From NCBI GenBank assembly GCA_011773985.1, contig WVWN01000078.1:39151-103150 (forward strand): a DNA stretch of 64,000 nucleotides, written 5' to 3'. The notes under the pieces are model-generated. The model made no database searches, had not been told where the DNA came from, and saw only the letters and a list, made by a program, of their open reading frames with translations. This stretch comes from Candidatus Zixiibacteriota bacterium. GTDB lineage: Bacteria; RBG-13-66-14; B26-G2; WVWN01. Shown here in pieces: positions 35,710-44,459 of the stretch. How positions within the stretch are numbered: the first letter of the stretch is position 1; every line of letters starts with the position of its first letter. A program made the position numbers and the translations under genes.

Positions 35710-36231
35710 ATGGGCGAAAACAAGAAGATGGCGTTGGTATTGTGCGCGGGGGAATTGGACCGCGCGTTAGCGTGTATGAATATCGCCGTGGGCGGCGCGT
35801 CGATGGGGATGGCCGTGACCGTCTTCTGTACGTTCTTCGGTCTGAACGCGATCAGGAGAGACGGCGTCGCGCCGCGGCCCAAGCCGGAAGAGGAGCCGAA
35901 GCGCGTGGGCCTTTTCGGCGCGCGGGCGCTACGTCGGGCTTTCGCGCGCCTCAACCCGGGCGGCGGCAAGTACATGAACCCGAGCCGTTTCTCGTTTGGG
36001 GGGCTCGGGCGGCGTTTTATGGCGCACCTCATGCGCGACGCGCGCATGGCGAACCTCGACGAGCTTATCGAGCTCGGCTCGGGCTTGGGCGTCAAGTTCG
36101 TCGCGTGCACGACGTCGTTGGACGCGCTGGGCATCCCGAGAGATAACCTCAGGCCCGAGGTAAAGGAATTCGCCGGCGTCGCGTCTTTTTTGGCCGAGGC
36201 GTTGGAGAGCGACGTACAGCTCTTCATATAG
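35710..36231 (+). CDS. DsrE/DsrF/DrsH-like family protein
   Basis: GELDRA...VTVFCTFFGLNAIR...GVKFVACTTSLDALG...GVASFL. Confidence 0.85.
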   Translation: MGENKKMALVLCAGELDRALACMNIAVGGASMGMAVTVFCTFFGLNAIRRDGVAPRPKPEEEPKRVGLFGARALRRAFARLNPGGGKYMNPSRFSFGGLGRRFMAHLMRDARMANLDELIELGSGLGVKFVACTTSLDALGIPRDNLRPEVKEFAGVASFLAEALESDVQLFI

Positions 36232-36275
36232 GCCGGGGTTACGGCGGGACATTCGGCCGCGAAAGGGGGTCGTTT

Positions 36276-36512
36276 ATGGGGAACAAAATAGTGGATTGTA
36301 TCGGCCTTTACTGCCCCGTGCCTATCGCCCGGGCCGCGGAGGAGGTAAGGAAGGTTGCCGAGGGCGAGACGGTTACGGTTTTGGCGGACGACCCGGGCGT
36401 GGAGAACGATTTTCCGAACTGGTGCCGCGTTACGGGTCACGAGTTGGTCTCGTTGGAGAAAGTCGAGGAGGGGTACAGAATAGTTATAAGAAAGAGGTCA
36501 CCGGGAACGTAA
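36276..36512 (+). CDS. tusA: Sulfurtransferase TusA family protein
   Basis: VDCIGLYCPVP, LADDPG, WCRVTGHEL. Confidence 0.85.
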   Translation: MGNKIVDCIGLYCPVPIARAAEEVRKVAEGETVTVLADDPGVENDFPNWCRVTGHELVSLEKVEEGYRIVIRKRSPGT

Positions 36513-36569
36513 GTTGCGCGGGGCGAACGCCGTGCGGGCGGCGAAGCGTCACAGGGATTAAACGCTGCG

Positions 36570-37310
36570 CTATTTAAGTTCCGGCGACGCGTCCGGGTCG
36601 AAGGGGTTGGTCCGGAGGGCGAGCGAGAAGAGGTATGGGTAGGTGCGTTGGAGGTGCTCCATGTATTTGAGCCATTCGGCGATGGTTCGGACGTACGCTC
36701 TTTGGACGTCGCCCGCGAGATGTTCGTAATCGGCGGCCGCTAAACCGTACACCGTGTCGCGTTGGGCTAGCTCTTCGGTGAGGTGGGTAACGGCCCACAG
36801 GAGGTTCGTAAAGGACTCGTGCTCGAGTAGGTTGGGGTTTTCCAGGAGACGGAGGAGGAATTCCCTTTTGGCCAGGAGGAAGTCGCGAAGGTCGTCGAGT
36901 GCTTCGGGTTTGACCTCTATGCTGTAATCGTATTCGGCCATACGTTTACCCGCGTGGAGGAAGTCGCGGCGCGTCCATTCGTTGTTTAGGAGCAGGTTTT
37001 GGCGAACTTCGTCGAAGTCTTCGTCGAGGGCGATAAAGCTTTTCAAGAGGTCGGTACCTACTTCGCTGAAGAAGGCGCCGATGACCATGTTCAGTTTATT
37101 TAGAAGGGAGCGTTTCTCGCGAAGGCTCAGCAGGCGGTGGATGATCAACGTAACGAGCAAGACCTCTATCGGTACGAATGCGACGTCGCCCACGAGGTAG
37201 ATAAAAATATGGTGCACGTCCCGGAAAACCAAGAAGTGAACCGCGTAAATCAAGGCCGATAAAGCGACCAAGGCGAACGCCAAATAAGCTAGCCAGTTTG
37301 CGCGCTTCAT
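36570..37310 (-). CDS. Conserved hypothetical membrane protein (two N-terminal TM helices)
   Basis: Hydrophobic N-terminus; KLNMVIGAFFSEVG, LLENPNLLEHE, YPYLFSLA; RBS GAGG. Confidence 0.75.
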   Translation of the reverse strand: MKRANWLAYLAFALVALSALIYAVHFLVFRDVHHIFIYLVGDVAFVPIEVLLVTLIIHRLLSLREKRSLLNKLNMVIGAFFSEVGTDLLKSFIALDEDFDEVRQNLLLNNEWTRRDFLHAGKRMAEYDYSIEVKPEALDDLRDFLLAKREFLLRLLENPNLLEHESFTNLLWAVTHLTEELAQRDTVYGLAAADYEHLAGDVQRAYVRTIAEWLKYMEHLQRTYPYLFSLALRTNPFDPDASPELK

Positions 37311-37486
37311 AATAATCGAACCTCGTTTTTAGTGGTTTTTAGATGGGAACTATAATATAATATTTTGGGTTGGAATGGTTCAAGATAAAGAGGGGGGGGA
37401 GTAAGCGGGCCAGGAAGATACGGTTGTTACCTGGTCTTTTCGTTTAGCCGGCCGACGCAGTTTCGGCCGAGGCCGGTGAGATTTAT

Positions 37487-38233
37487 ATGAGGAGATTCTT
37501 CGCATACTGGTTGGTGGCTACGGCGGCCGCGGCCGGGGCGACGCAGACCACGCCCGAGGCCGCGGCTTTTTTCAACGACGGCGTCGAGAAGGCAAACGCC
37601 GGCGAATATAAGGCGGCCTTGAACGCGTTCGAAGAGAGCCTCGCAGAAGACCCCAACCTCGTCGAAGCCCACGAGTGGATCGCGCACATACTTATCCTAC
37701 AAGGGGATTACGAGGGGGCGATCGCGCGGTACCAGCGCATCGTCGCGCGCAACCCCTCGACAGATTCCAAAGTGAGCCTCGGCCTCGCGTACCTGCGCGT
37801 GGGCGACGTGGATATGGCCGTCAAGACGCTGTCGAACGCGGTGGCGGCGGACCCGAATCATTACAAAGGGTGGAATAACCTTTCCATGGCTTACCTGCGG
37901 TTGGGCAAGCTTGCCGACGCGCGAAGGGCGGCACAGAAAGCGCTGGCGCTTAACCCGAACTTCGCGTCGGCTTACGTCAACCTCGGCAACGTCCAACTCC
38001 GCGAGGGTGACGCGGGAGGTGCGGTAGCGTCTTACGAGAAGGCGTTCGAGTTGGACGCGGACCAGGTCGACGCTTATTACGGTTTGGCGGAAGCCTATAA
38101 TTACCTGGGTGAGGAGAAAACGGCGGGCGATTATTATCTGAAGTACCTCAAGCGCGGGGGCGACCCGGCGCGGCGGGCGGCCGCGGTGGAATGGCTCTGG
38201 GAGCACGGCCGCGGGGCGGAGGTGCCGAGGTAG
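37487..38233 (+). CDS. Secreted TPR protein
   Basis: Signal peptide plus about six TPR units. Confidence 0.85.
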   Translation: MRRFFAYWLVATAAAAGATQTTPEAAAFFNDGVEKANAGEYKAALNAFEESLAEDPNLVEAHEWIAHILILQGDYEGAIARYQRIVARNPSTDSKVSLGLAYLRVGDVDMAVKTLSNAVAADPNHYKGWNNLSMAYLRLGKLADARRAAQKALALNPNFASAYVNLGNVQLREGDAGGAVASYEKAFELDADQVDAYYGLAEAYNYLGEEKTAGDYYLKYLKRGGDPARRAAAVEWLWEHGRGAEVPR

Positions 38234-39015
38234 TGCCTCGCCCGGGCCGCCGGGGAAGGCTGCCCTTCGAGATTATCGCCGGGCGCAACAGCGTGAGGGC
38301 GGCGCTCGAGGCAAGGAGGCGTGAGGTGGCAACGGTCGTTTTGGACCGGAGTGCCGGGGGCGTGCCCGTCGACGAAATCCGGCGGCTCGCGGGCGAGGCG
38401 GGCGCGAGGTTGAACGTGGCCTCGAGCCGGGACTTGACGAAGTTAGTGGGGGGAGATTTCCACCAGGGCGTCGCGGCTTACGTCGCGAGGATACCGACGC
38501 CTACGTGGGAAGAGCTTGCGGCCGCGGCGCGCGCGGGGCGGCCGCTAGTCGTGCTCGACCACGTGGAGGATCCCCGCAACCTGGGCGCCGTGGTGCGGGC
38601 GGCTGCGGCGTTGGGGGCGGGCGGCGTTTTCTTCCCGCCCCGTCGCCAGGTGGGGATTACGCCCGCGGTGGCGAAGGTGGCGGAGGGCGGTTTGGAATAC
38701 GTACCGACGCTACCCGTTAGCAACGTCGGCGGATTTCTGGGGCAAGTGAAGGACGCCGGTATCTGGCGTTACGGTTTGGAAGCGGACGGCGAAGCGCAGA
38801 TGGGAGAGCTCGACTTCGACGAAGGCGCGGCATTCGTCTTCGGCGGCGAGGGCACCGGTCTGAGCCTTGCCGCGCGGCGCGAGTGTGACGCGGTCGTGGC
38901 CATCACGCTCGCGAGTGACGTATCTTCGCTAAACGTGGCCGCCGCGGCGGCCGTAACCCTTTACGAGTTTCGGCGGCAACACCCGCTCGCCGAAGCCGTA
39001 GACCGAAGGGGGTAA
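38233..39015 (+). CDS. SpoU/TrmH family rRNA methyltransferase (RlmB-like)
   Basis: GRNSV, HQGVAA, LDHVEDPRNLGA, GGEGTGL, SLNVAAA; start approximate. Confidence 0.85.
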   Translation: MPRPGRRGRLPFEIIAGRNSVRAALEARRREVATVVLDRSAGGVPVDEIRRLAGEAGARLNVASSRDLTKLVGGDFHQGVAAYVARIPTPTWEELAAAARAGRPLVVLDHVEDPRNLGAVVRAAAALGAGGVFFPPRRQVGITPAVAKVAEGGLEYVPTLPVSNVGGFLGQVKDAGIWRYGLEADGEAQMGELDFDEGAAFVFGGEGTGLSLAARRECDAVVAITLASDVSSLNVAAAAAVTLYEFRRQHPLAEAVDRRG

Positions 39016-39019
39016 AGAT

Positions 39020-39403
39020 TTGAAGAGGAGAGCGTTTTTGGTCGGCTTGTCGTTAATCGGCGCCGCCGTCGCCCTCGTGGCGTTGAGTTGCGGCCCTTCA
39101 GGAAAGTTCGGGAAGCCGATGACCACTGGGGAGAAAACAGCCATCGACGAAATACGTGACGACCCGGGGCTCTTCGACGGTAAGACGGTTGCGGTAGAGG
39201 GCCAGGTAGCTACCGTCGACGACGACGGCCGCGGCTTCCAATTGGATAATGGTTACGGCGTTTTACTCTACGTGAAGGTGGTCGGCGATTTCAAAGTAGC
39301 GCGAGGCGCCAAATACCACCTCGCGACGGCCGAAGGTAAGGTCGCGGTCGATAAAAAGACCGAGGAACCACGGCTGATGGCTACCGGCGTCGAGGTTAAA
39401 TAG
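39020..39403 (+). CDS. OB-fold lipoprotein
   Basis: Lipobox VALS-C; FDGKTVAVEGQV beta-strand pattern. Confidence 0.65.
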   Translation: MKRRAFLVGLSLIGAAVALVALSCGPSGKFGKPMTTGEKTAIDEIRDDPGLFDGKTVAVEGQVATVDDDGRGFQLDNGYGVLLYVKVVGDFKVARGAKYHLATAEGKVAVDKKTEEPRLMATGVEVK

Positions 39404-39420
39404 GTTACTTTTACCGCGGA

Positions 39421-39455
39421 GCCGGCAGCGGCCCCGAGCCGTGCGCCGGCTTTTT
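39421..39455 (+). terminator. Intrinsic terminator
   Basis: GCCGGC...GCCGGC stem followed by TTTTT. Confidence 0.55.
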
Positions 39456-39492
39456 CATTTGCGGGGCAATGGCGTTGTGATAATATCGTACA

Positions 39493-40131
39493 GTGCGCCT
39501 TCTATCGGAAATCATCCGCAATAAATACCTTTTGGCGCTGGCGGTATTCCTGGGCGCGCTCTTCGGCGCGAGCTTCCTCTTGCCGCCGACGGCGCGGGCC
39601 CTCGCCCGTTTCTTCGCGTATATGTCCTTGGCCTCGAACACCATACCGCTGCCGGCGACGCCCGTGATTATATACGCAGGGCGGGAATACCCCTGGCTTG
39701 CGGTGGCCCTTTTGGGCGCCGCGGCGACGTCCCTCGCCAACCTCCTCGACTACGAAATCTTCTCGAGCGTCTTCAAGACTAAGCTACTGCGTAAGATTAA
39801 GGAGAGCGAACATTCTCAGGCCAGCATCAGAGCCTTTTCGCGGGTCGCGTTTTTGGCGCTCGTAGCCGTTAACGTCGTGCTGTTTACGTGGGACCTGGTG
39901 CGGTTGGTCGCGATCGCGGCTAAGTACCCGCGCGTAAAATACGTCGCGGCGACGTTTACCGGCCGAACCGTACGATACGCGGTTCTGGCCGCGGCGGGCG
40001 AGTTCTTCGAGCCGCCGCTGTGGGCGATATTGGTAGTCGCGGTGTTATTGGCCGTGCCGGCATTGGTCTCGTGGCTCCGCGATAGAACGCGGAGAAAGGG
40101 CGAGGCGCAGAAAGAAGGACCCCGGGGTTAA
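39493..40131 (+). CDS. DedA/VTT-like membrane protein
   Basis: Multiple TM segments; IPLPATP, LANLLDY, FTGRTVRY. Confidence 0.65.
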   Translation: MRLLSEIIRNKYLLALAVFLGALFGASFLLPPTARALARFFAYMSLASNTIPLPATPVIIYAGREYPWLAVALLGAAATSLANLLDYEIFSSVFKTKLLRKIKESEHSQASIRAFSRVAFLALVAVNVVLFTWDLVRLVAIAAKYPRVKYVAATFTGRTVRYAVLAAAGEFFEPPLWAILVVAVLLAVPALVSWLRDRTRRKGEAQKEGPRG

Positions 40132-40168
40132 ATGCCGGCTTTCCATTTTCCGGCGAAGAGAACCCTCG

Positions 40169-40903
40169 TTATTCGAAAAGGGCTTTCACCTTTCCTAACG
40201 AGGCAGGTGTAACGGCCGTTTCACCGAACGCCAGTTTGTATACGTGTTCGGTTCGGCCGGATACCACCCGGATATACCCGCCGCCGCAGGCGCAACCGGA
40301 TAGCCCGGGCGAGGGCGCCGAAGCGACGATCGAACCCCGCTTCGTCATCTTGTGCAAGTAGCCCGTACCGTACCCGCCCGCGTAAAGGTAGCCGGCGTCG
40401 TAGCCGAGGCAGGTTATCATGAAAGGGACCCGGAAGGAGGCGACCGAGTCCCCGTAAATATCATACTTGTAAAGTAGATAGGGGTACTCGAAGCCGTTTT
40501 CGCAACCCAGAAGTATTGGCCGTCCCAGGTCAACGCCCAAAAATAGTCGGCGGGGGTGACCATGGTTACGTAACTGCCCGTCGTCGTCCGGGTATAAAAA
40601 GCGTTAGGCATGTGTCGCCTGAGACGACGTACGCGTCTCGACAAGTCAGGCCCGCGGGCTCGTAATAAGGAGGGTATTTGCCGATAGTGAAAGAGAATAC
40701 GACGCTTCCGTTGCGCGGCTCGAGCCGGTATAGGGTGTCGGGTTCGTAGTTAAGGCACCATAAGTACGCGCCGTCCCAGCCCAAACCTGTGGGGCCGGTG
40801 CAAGGCGCCGGGAAGGAGGATATTATGCTGCCGAAGGTCCCCCACGTTGCGGCTGCGGTCACAAGGAAGCGGCTAGTACCTGTAGGGTAAATGTCCTAAC
40901 CAC
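40169..40903 (-). pseudogene. Frameshifted secreted beta-propeller-like protein with C-terminal SLGKVKALF motif
   Basis: RBS AGGAGG plus GTG 40903; GLGWDGAYLW / ALTWDGQYFW / CLGYDAGYLY repeats are spread over three reading frames; ends AVTPASLGKVKALFE. Confidence 0.7.
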
Positions 40904-41132
40904 CTTTTAAACCTCCTCGTTTTTTCCCCTTACGTTGTATATTATAACGGTGTTTTTACCGTAACGCAAATTATCCACTCTAGCCATAGTGGTCGGCGGG
41001 CTTTTATTTTAATACCCCCTTAAGGCGTTTGTCGTTGATTTCGGCAGGAGATTTATATATACTAACCCCGTAAACGACTAATACGGCGCGCCTGCGCGCG
41101 CACGGAAGGTTTTATACGTTTCAGGAGGAACC

Positions 41133-42563
41133 ATGGGCTTTAAAGAAAAAGTCCGGGAGTTCGCGCTCGAGCAGACGATTAACCGGATGGCGAATCTTGT
41201 GTCCAAGGGCGACCCGGACAAAAATTTAAAGCGGATTATAAAGCTCGGCGAGAAGATAACCAGCGATCCACTGTGGGTGGACGCCATCCAGGGTTTCAAG
41301 TACCGCCTCGAAATCAACCACCCGTTGATGGAGATCGCGCGGCGTTTCATGAAGGAGTTTAACCCCAACGTGCGCCGGCGCCTTCTCACCAACCTCGTCG
41401 TCAAGGAAGCCCTCGTCGGCGCCGACAAACGCCATAAGATCGAAGAGAAGATCGGTTTCTACCCGCCGACGCTGCTCGTCATCTCGCCGACGATGCGTTG
41501 CAATATAACCTGCACCGGCTGCTACGCGGCGCAGTACCCCAAGAAGTACGAAATGGAGGCCGAGCTAATCGACCGCATCTTCACCGAGGCCAAAGAAATC
41601 GGCATCTACTTCATCGTCATCTCCGGCGGCGAGCCGCTCTTCCACCCCGACATGATGGACCTCATCGAGAAACATTCGGACGCAGCGTTCTTGATGTACA
41701 CCAACGGCACGCTGATAGACGAGAGGATGGCGAAGCGCATCGCCGAGGCCGGGAATCTGGTGCCTTGCATAAGCCTCGAGGGCCTTAAAGAGGAAACGGA
41801 TAAAAGGCGCGGCGAGGGCGTCTTCGAGAAGTGTTCCGAGGCGTTCGATCACATGAGGAAGGAAGGCGTTTGCTTCGGCTTCAGCGCCACCTGCACCCGC
41901 TACAACCTCGACGCCATAACGAGCCCGGAGTTCGTAGATTTCGTGGAACGGAAAGGGTGCACGCTGGGATGGTACTTCATATATATTCCCATAGGCCGCG
42001 AACCGGATACGTCGCTCATACCGACGCCGGCGCAGCGGTACACGCTGGGGGCGCGCATCCGCCGCATCCGCGAGACGCGTAACGTTTTCGCCGCGGACTT
42101 CTGGAACGACGGCCCTCACGTCGACGGCTGCATCATGGGCGGGAAACGCTACTTCCACGTCAACGTCCACGGCGACGTCGAGCCGTGCGTCTTCGCCCAA
42201 TTCACGGTGGACAACGTACGCGACAAGCCGTTAGTGGAGTGCCTCCGCAGCGACTTTTTCCGCCAGTTTAGAAACCGCCAACCGTTTAGCAAGGACCTGC
42301 GGCGGCCTTGCGCCATCATCGACAACCCGTCGGTGCTCCGCGATTGCGTCAAATTGGGCCACGCCCGGCCCTCGTATCCCGAAAACGTTGGGCTCGTCAC
42401 GGAGCTTGCGGAAGACCTGGACGCCTACGCCGCGAAGTTCGAGGCGGAAGTGGACGAATACGGCAAGAAGTACGACGGCGACCCGTATTGCGAGTTCGGC
42501 CAGCTCGAGCAGACGGGATGGGTACCGCCGTCCAAGGATACGGAGAGGATAAAGGCGACGTAA
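41133..42563 (+). CDS. Radical SAM protein with SPASM/twitch-like C-terminus (paralog B)
   Basis: ISPTMRCNITCTGCYA, ISGGEP, YTNGTLI, DFWNDGP..GC..GG..Y.HVN..GDVEPCVF. Confidence 0.9.
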   Translation: MGFKEKVREFALEQTINRMANLVSKGDPDKNLKRIIKLGEKITSDPLWVDAIQGFKYRLEINHPLMEIARRFMKEFNPNVRRRLLTNLVVKEALVGADKRHKIEEKIGFYPPTLLVISPTMRCNITCTGCYAAQYPKKYEMEAELIDRIFTEAKEIGIYFIVISGGEPLFHPDMMDLIEKHSDAAFLMYTNGTLIDERMAKRIAEAGNLVPCISLEGLKEETDKRRGEGVFEKCSEAFDHMRKEGVCFGFSATCTRYNLDAITSPEFVDFVERKGCTLGWYFIYIPIGREPDTSLIPTPAQRYTLGARIRRIRETRNVFAADFWNDGPHVDGCIMGGKRYFHVNVHGDVEPCVFAQFTVDNVRDKPLVECLRSDFFRQFRNRQPFSKDLRRPCAIIDNPSVLRDCVKLGHARPSYPENVGLVTELAEDLDAYAAKFEAEVDEYGKKYDGDPYCEFGQLEQTGWVPPSKDTERIKAT

Positions 42564-42593
42564 CCCCCGGTATTATGACGGGCGATGGGCGGA

Positions 42594-42624
42594 CCCCGAC
42601 TTCGGTCGGGGCGGTTTTATTTTT
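42594..42624 (+). terminator. Intrinsic terminator (UUCG tetraloop)
   Basis: CCCCGAC-TTCG-GTCGGGG followed by a T-rich tail. Confidence 0.8.
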
Positions 42625-42705
42625 GGGAAACCTTGATTTTAGGGAGGTGTTTGTTATACTTTCCGAGGGGCGGTCAACGCGGGATACGGCGACGCAGGAG
42701 GAAAG

Positions 42706-44388
42706 ATGCGTACGATTAATATGATGTTGGTTATCCTTTTCGTCGGGGCGGCATATGCTGCGGCCCAGGAAGGGTCGGAGTTGGCCCGGCCGGCGGTGAC
42801 CTTTATACCTTTCGCGGACGATTCGCCTGTCGGGGAGGAACTCCCACCGCTCCCCGGTGCCCCGTTCGACGTAGAGGCGCCGATGCCGTGGCTCGCCGAC
42901 GGTATTCCCGGCCTATTGGAGCTCGCGCTTGAGCGCGGGGCCGCGGCAAATCTCGTGTCCCGGACGGACCTCGCGCTATCGCTCAAGAAGCGCCGCAACG
43001 TGGGACTCGCGGCGGATACGCCGTTCGAGGTTGTCGCGGAGGTTGCCGAGCGCGAAGGCGCGAGGTACGTCGTGGGCGGTTCTTTTACCAAGGAAAAAAA
43101 GGACCTCTCCTTAACGGTGAAGGTCTGGGAAATAGGCGCCGAAGTGGCGGCGGTCCCGGAGGTCGAGGGCCCGGAGGAATATAAGGCCGAGATGGACCGG
43201 CTCGAGGCGGAGCTGGAAAAAATGGTCGGGGAGCTGAGGGAAGTCGTGGGCGCCCCCGGCCTAAGCGCGGAGGAGAAAGAGGTCCGTGCGGCGGCGATCG
43301 AAGCCGAGTTGACGGAAAAGGCTTTACGCATGGCGGAACTTGCCAAAGAGCAGTTTAAAATCCGACCTCCGAAAACCATAGAGATAGATCCCAGGCTCGA
43401 GGAAGGATTCCATGCTCTCGTCGAGGAACTGGAGGTTGTTTTAGCGGATGCGGCGCTAAGCTGGGATGAGAAGGAAGCCCGCGCGGCGGAAATCCGCTTC
43501 GCGATGGACGAGATGGTTGGTCAGATAATGGAACGCTTGGCCGTTATCCCTAAAGGGGAGTACGAGGAATTTAGCGGCGGGACCGGCGATGTATTTTCTC
43601 TCGTGAACGAGGCGGCGAAGTTCGTACTCGAGGCGACGGGCGCGGGCGAAGAAGCGATTCTTATCCCGCGACCGCCGATTGCGAATATGGAGGCGTTCAA
43701 GTGGTTCGCCAAGGGCGCGGCCAGTCCCTATACCGGCGAACAGATCAGCTTTTTCTTAAGCGCGACGGAAAAGGACGCGAATTTCGCGGGGGCCCATTTG
43801 CGTTTGGCTAAAGCGTACCGCGGGGAGAAAAATTACGAAGACGCGAAAGCCTCGTACGAGAAAGTTCGTGAGTTGGCGGACTATTATCCGTCGGCCCCTT
43901 ACGGCTTGGCTTTAATATCGCGCGCGCTCGAGCCGGAGAACGCCGACGCGGCAGTAGCTTTGCTCGACGAGGCGCTGGCCATAGACCCTTCGTACGCGCC
44001 GGTATACGAAGCGCGGGGCGCCGTGTACTTCGCGGCCCAAGATTACGAGAAAGCGCGCGAGGCTTACGAGACGTTTATCGCGATCTGGCCTACGAGTAAA
44101 GACGGCTATTACGCGCTGGGAAACACGCTTTGGCTCATAGGTAAGGATAGCCCGCAGTGGAAATCCCTTCTCCGCGCCGCTATCCAATCCTACGAGAAAT
44201 CGTTGTCCGTAGACCCCGACTTCGCAGCCTGCCACTATAACCTGGCGTCGGTTTATAAAATCTTCGAAGACGTCGAGAAGGCTATTTACCACTACCGTCG
44301 TTACGTCGAGCTCGAGCCGGATTCCCCCCGGCGCGCCGAGATCGAGGAAACGATCGCCGATTGGGAGGAAAAGTACAGGTTGAAGTAA
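42706..44388 (+). CDS. Secreted TolB-N/FlgO-like plus TPR protein with duplicated helical insert
   Basis: Signal peptide, WLADGIPGLL...ARYVVGGSF, C-terminal TPRs. Confidence 0.75.
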   Translation: MRTINMMLVILFVGAAYAAAQEGSELARPAVTFIPFADDSPVGEELPPLPGAPFDVEAPMPWLADGIPGLLELALERGAAANLVSRTDLALSLKKRRNVGLAADTPFEVVAEVAEREGARYVVGGSFTKEKKDLSLTVKVWEIGAEVAAVPEVEGPEEYKAEMDRLEAELEKMVGELREVVGAPGLSAEEKEVRAAAIEAELTEKALRMAELAKEQFKIRPPKTIEIDPRLEEGFHALVEELEVVLADAALSWDEKEARAAEIRFAMDEMVGQIMERLAVIPKGEYEEFSGGTGDVFSLVNEAAKFVLEATGAGEEAILIPRPPIANMEAFKWFAKGAASPYTGEQISFFLSATEKDANFAGAHLRLAKAYRGEKNYEDAKASYEKVRELADYYPSAPYGLALISRALEPENADAAVALLDEALAIDPSYAPVYEARGAVYFAAQDYEKAREAYETFIAIWPTSKDGYYALGNTLWLIGKDSPQWKSLLRAAIQSYEKSLSVDPDFAACHYNLASVYKIFEDVEKAIYHYRRYVELEPDSPRRAEIEETIADWEEKYRLK

Positions 44389-44408
44389 CGGCCGTGTGCT
44401 TGAGTCGT

Positions 44409-44437
44409 AAAAAATCGGGGCCCTGGCGGGCCCCTTT
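44409..44437. terminator. Bidirectional terminator
   Basis: A-run, GGGGCCC-TGGC-GGGCCCC, T-run between convergent genes. Confidence 0.7.
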
Positions 44438-44459
44438 CATTTACCTGTTCCGAACAGCT

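Noticed and set aside
40169..40903. Programmed ribosomal frameshifting or phase variation
   Set aside because: Three separate shifts are needed and there are no obvious slippery or homopolymer tracts at the junctions
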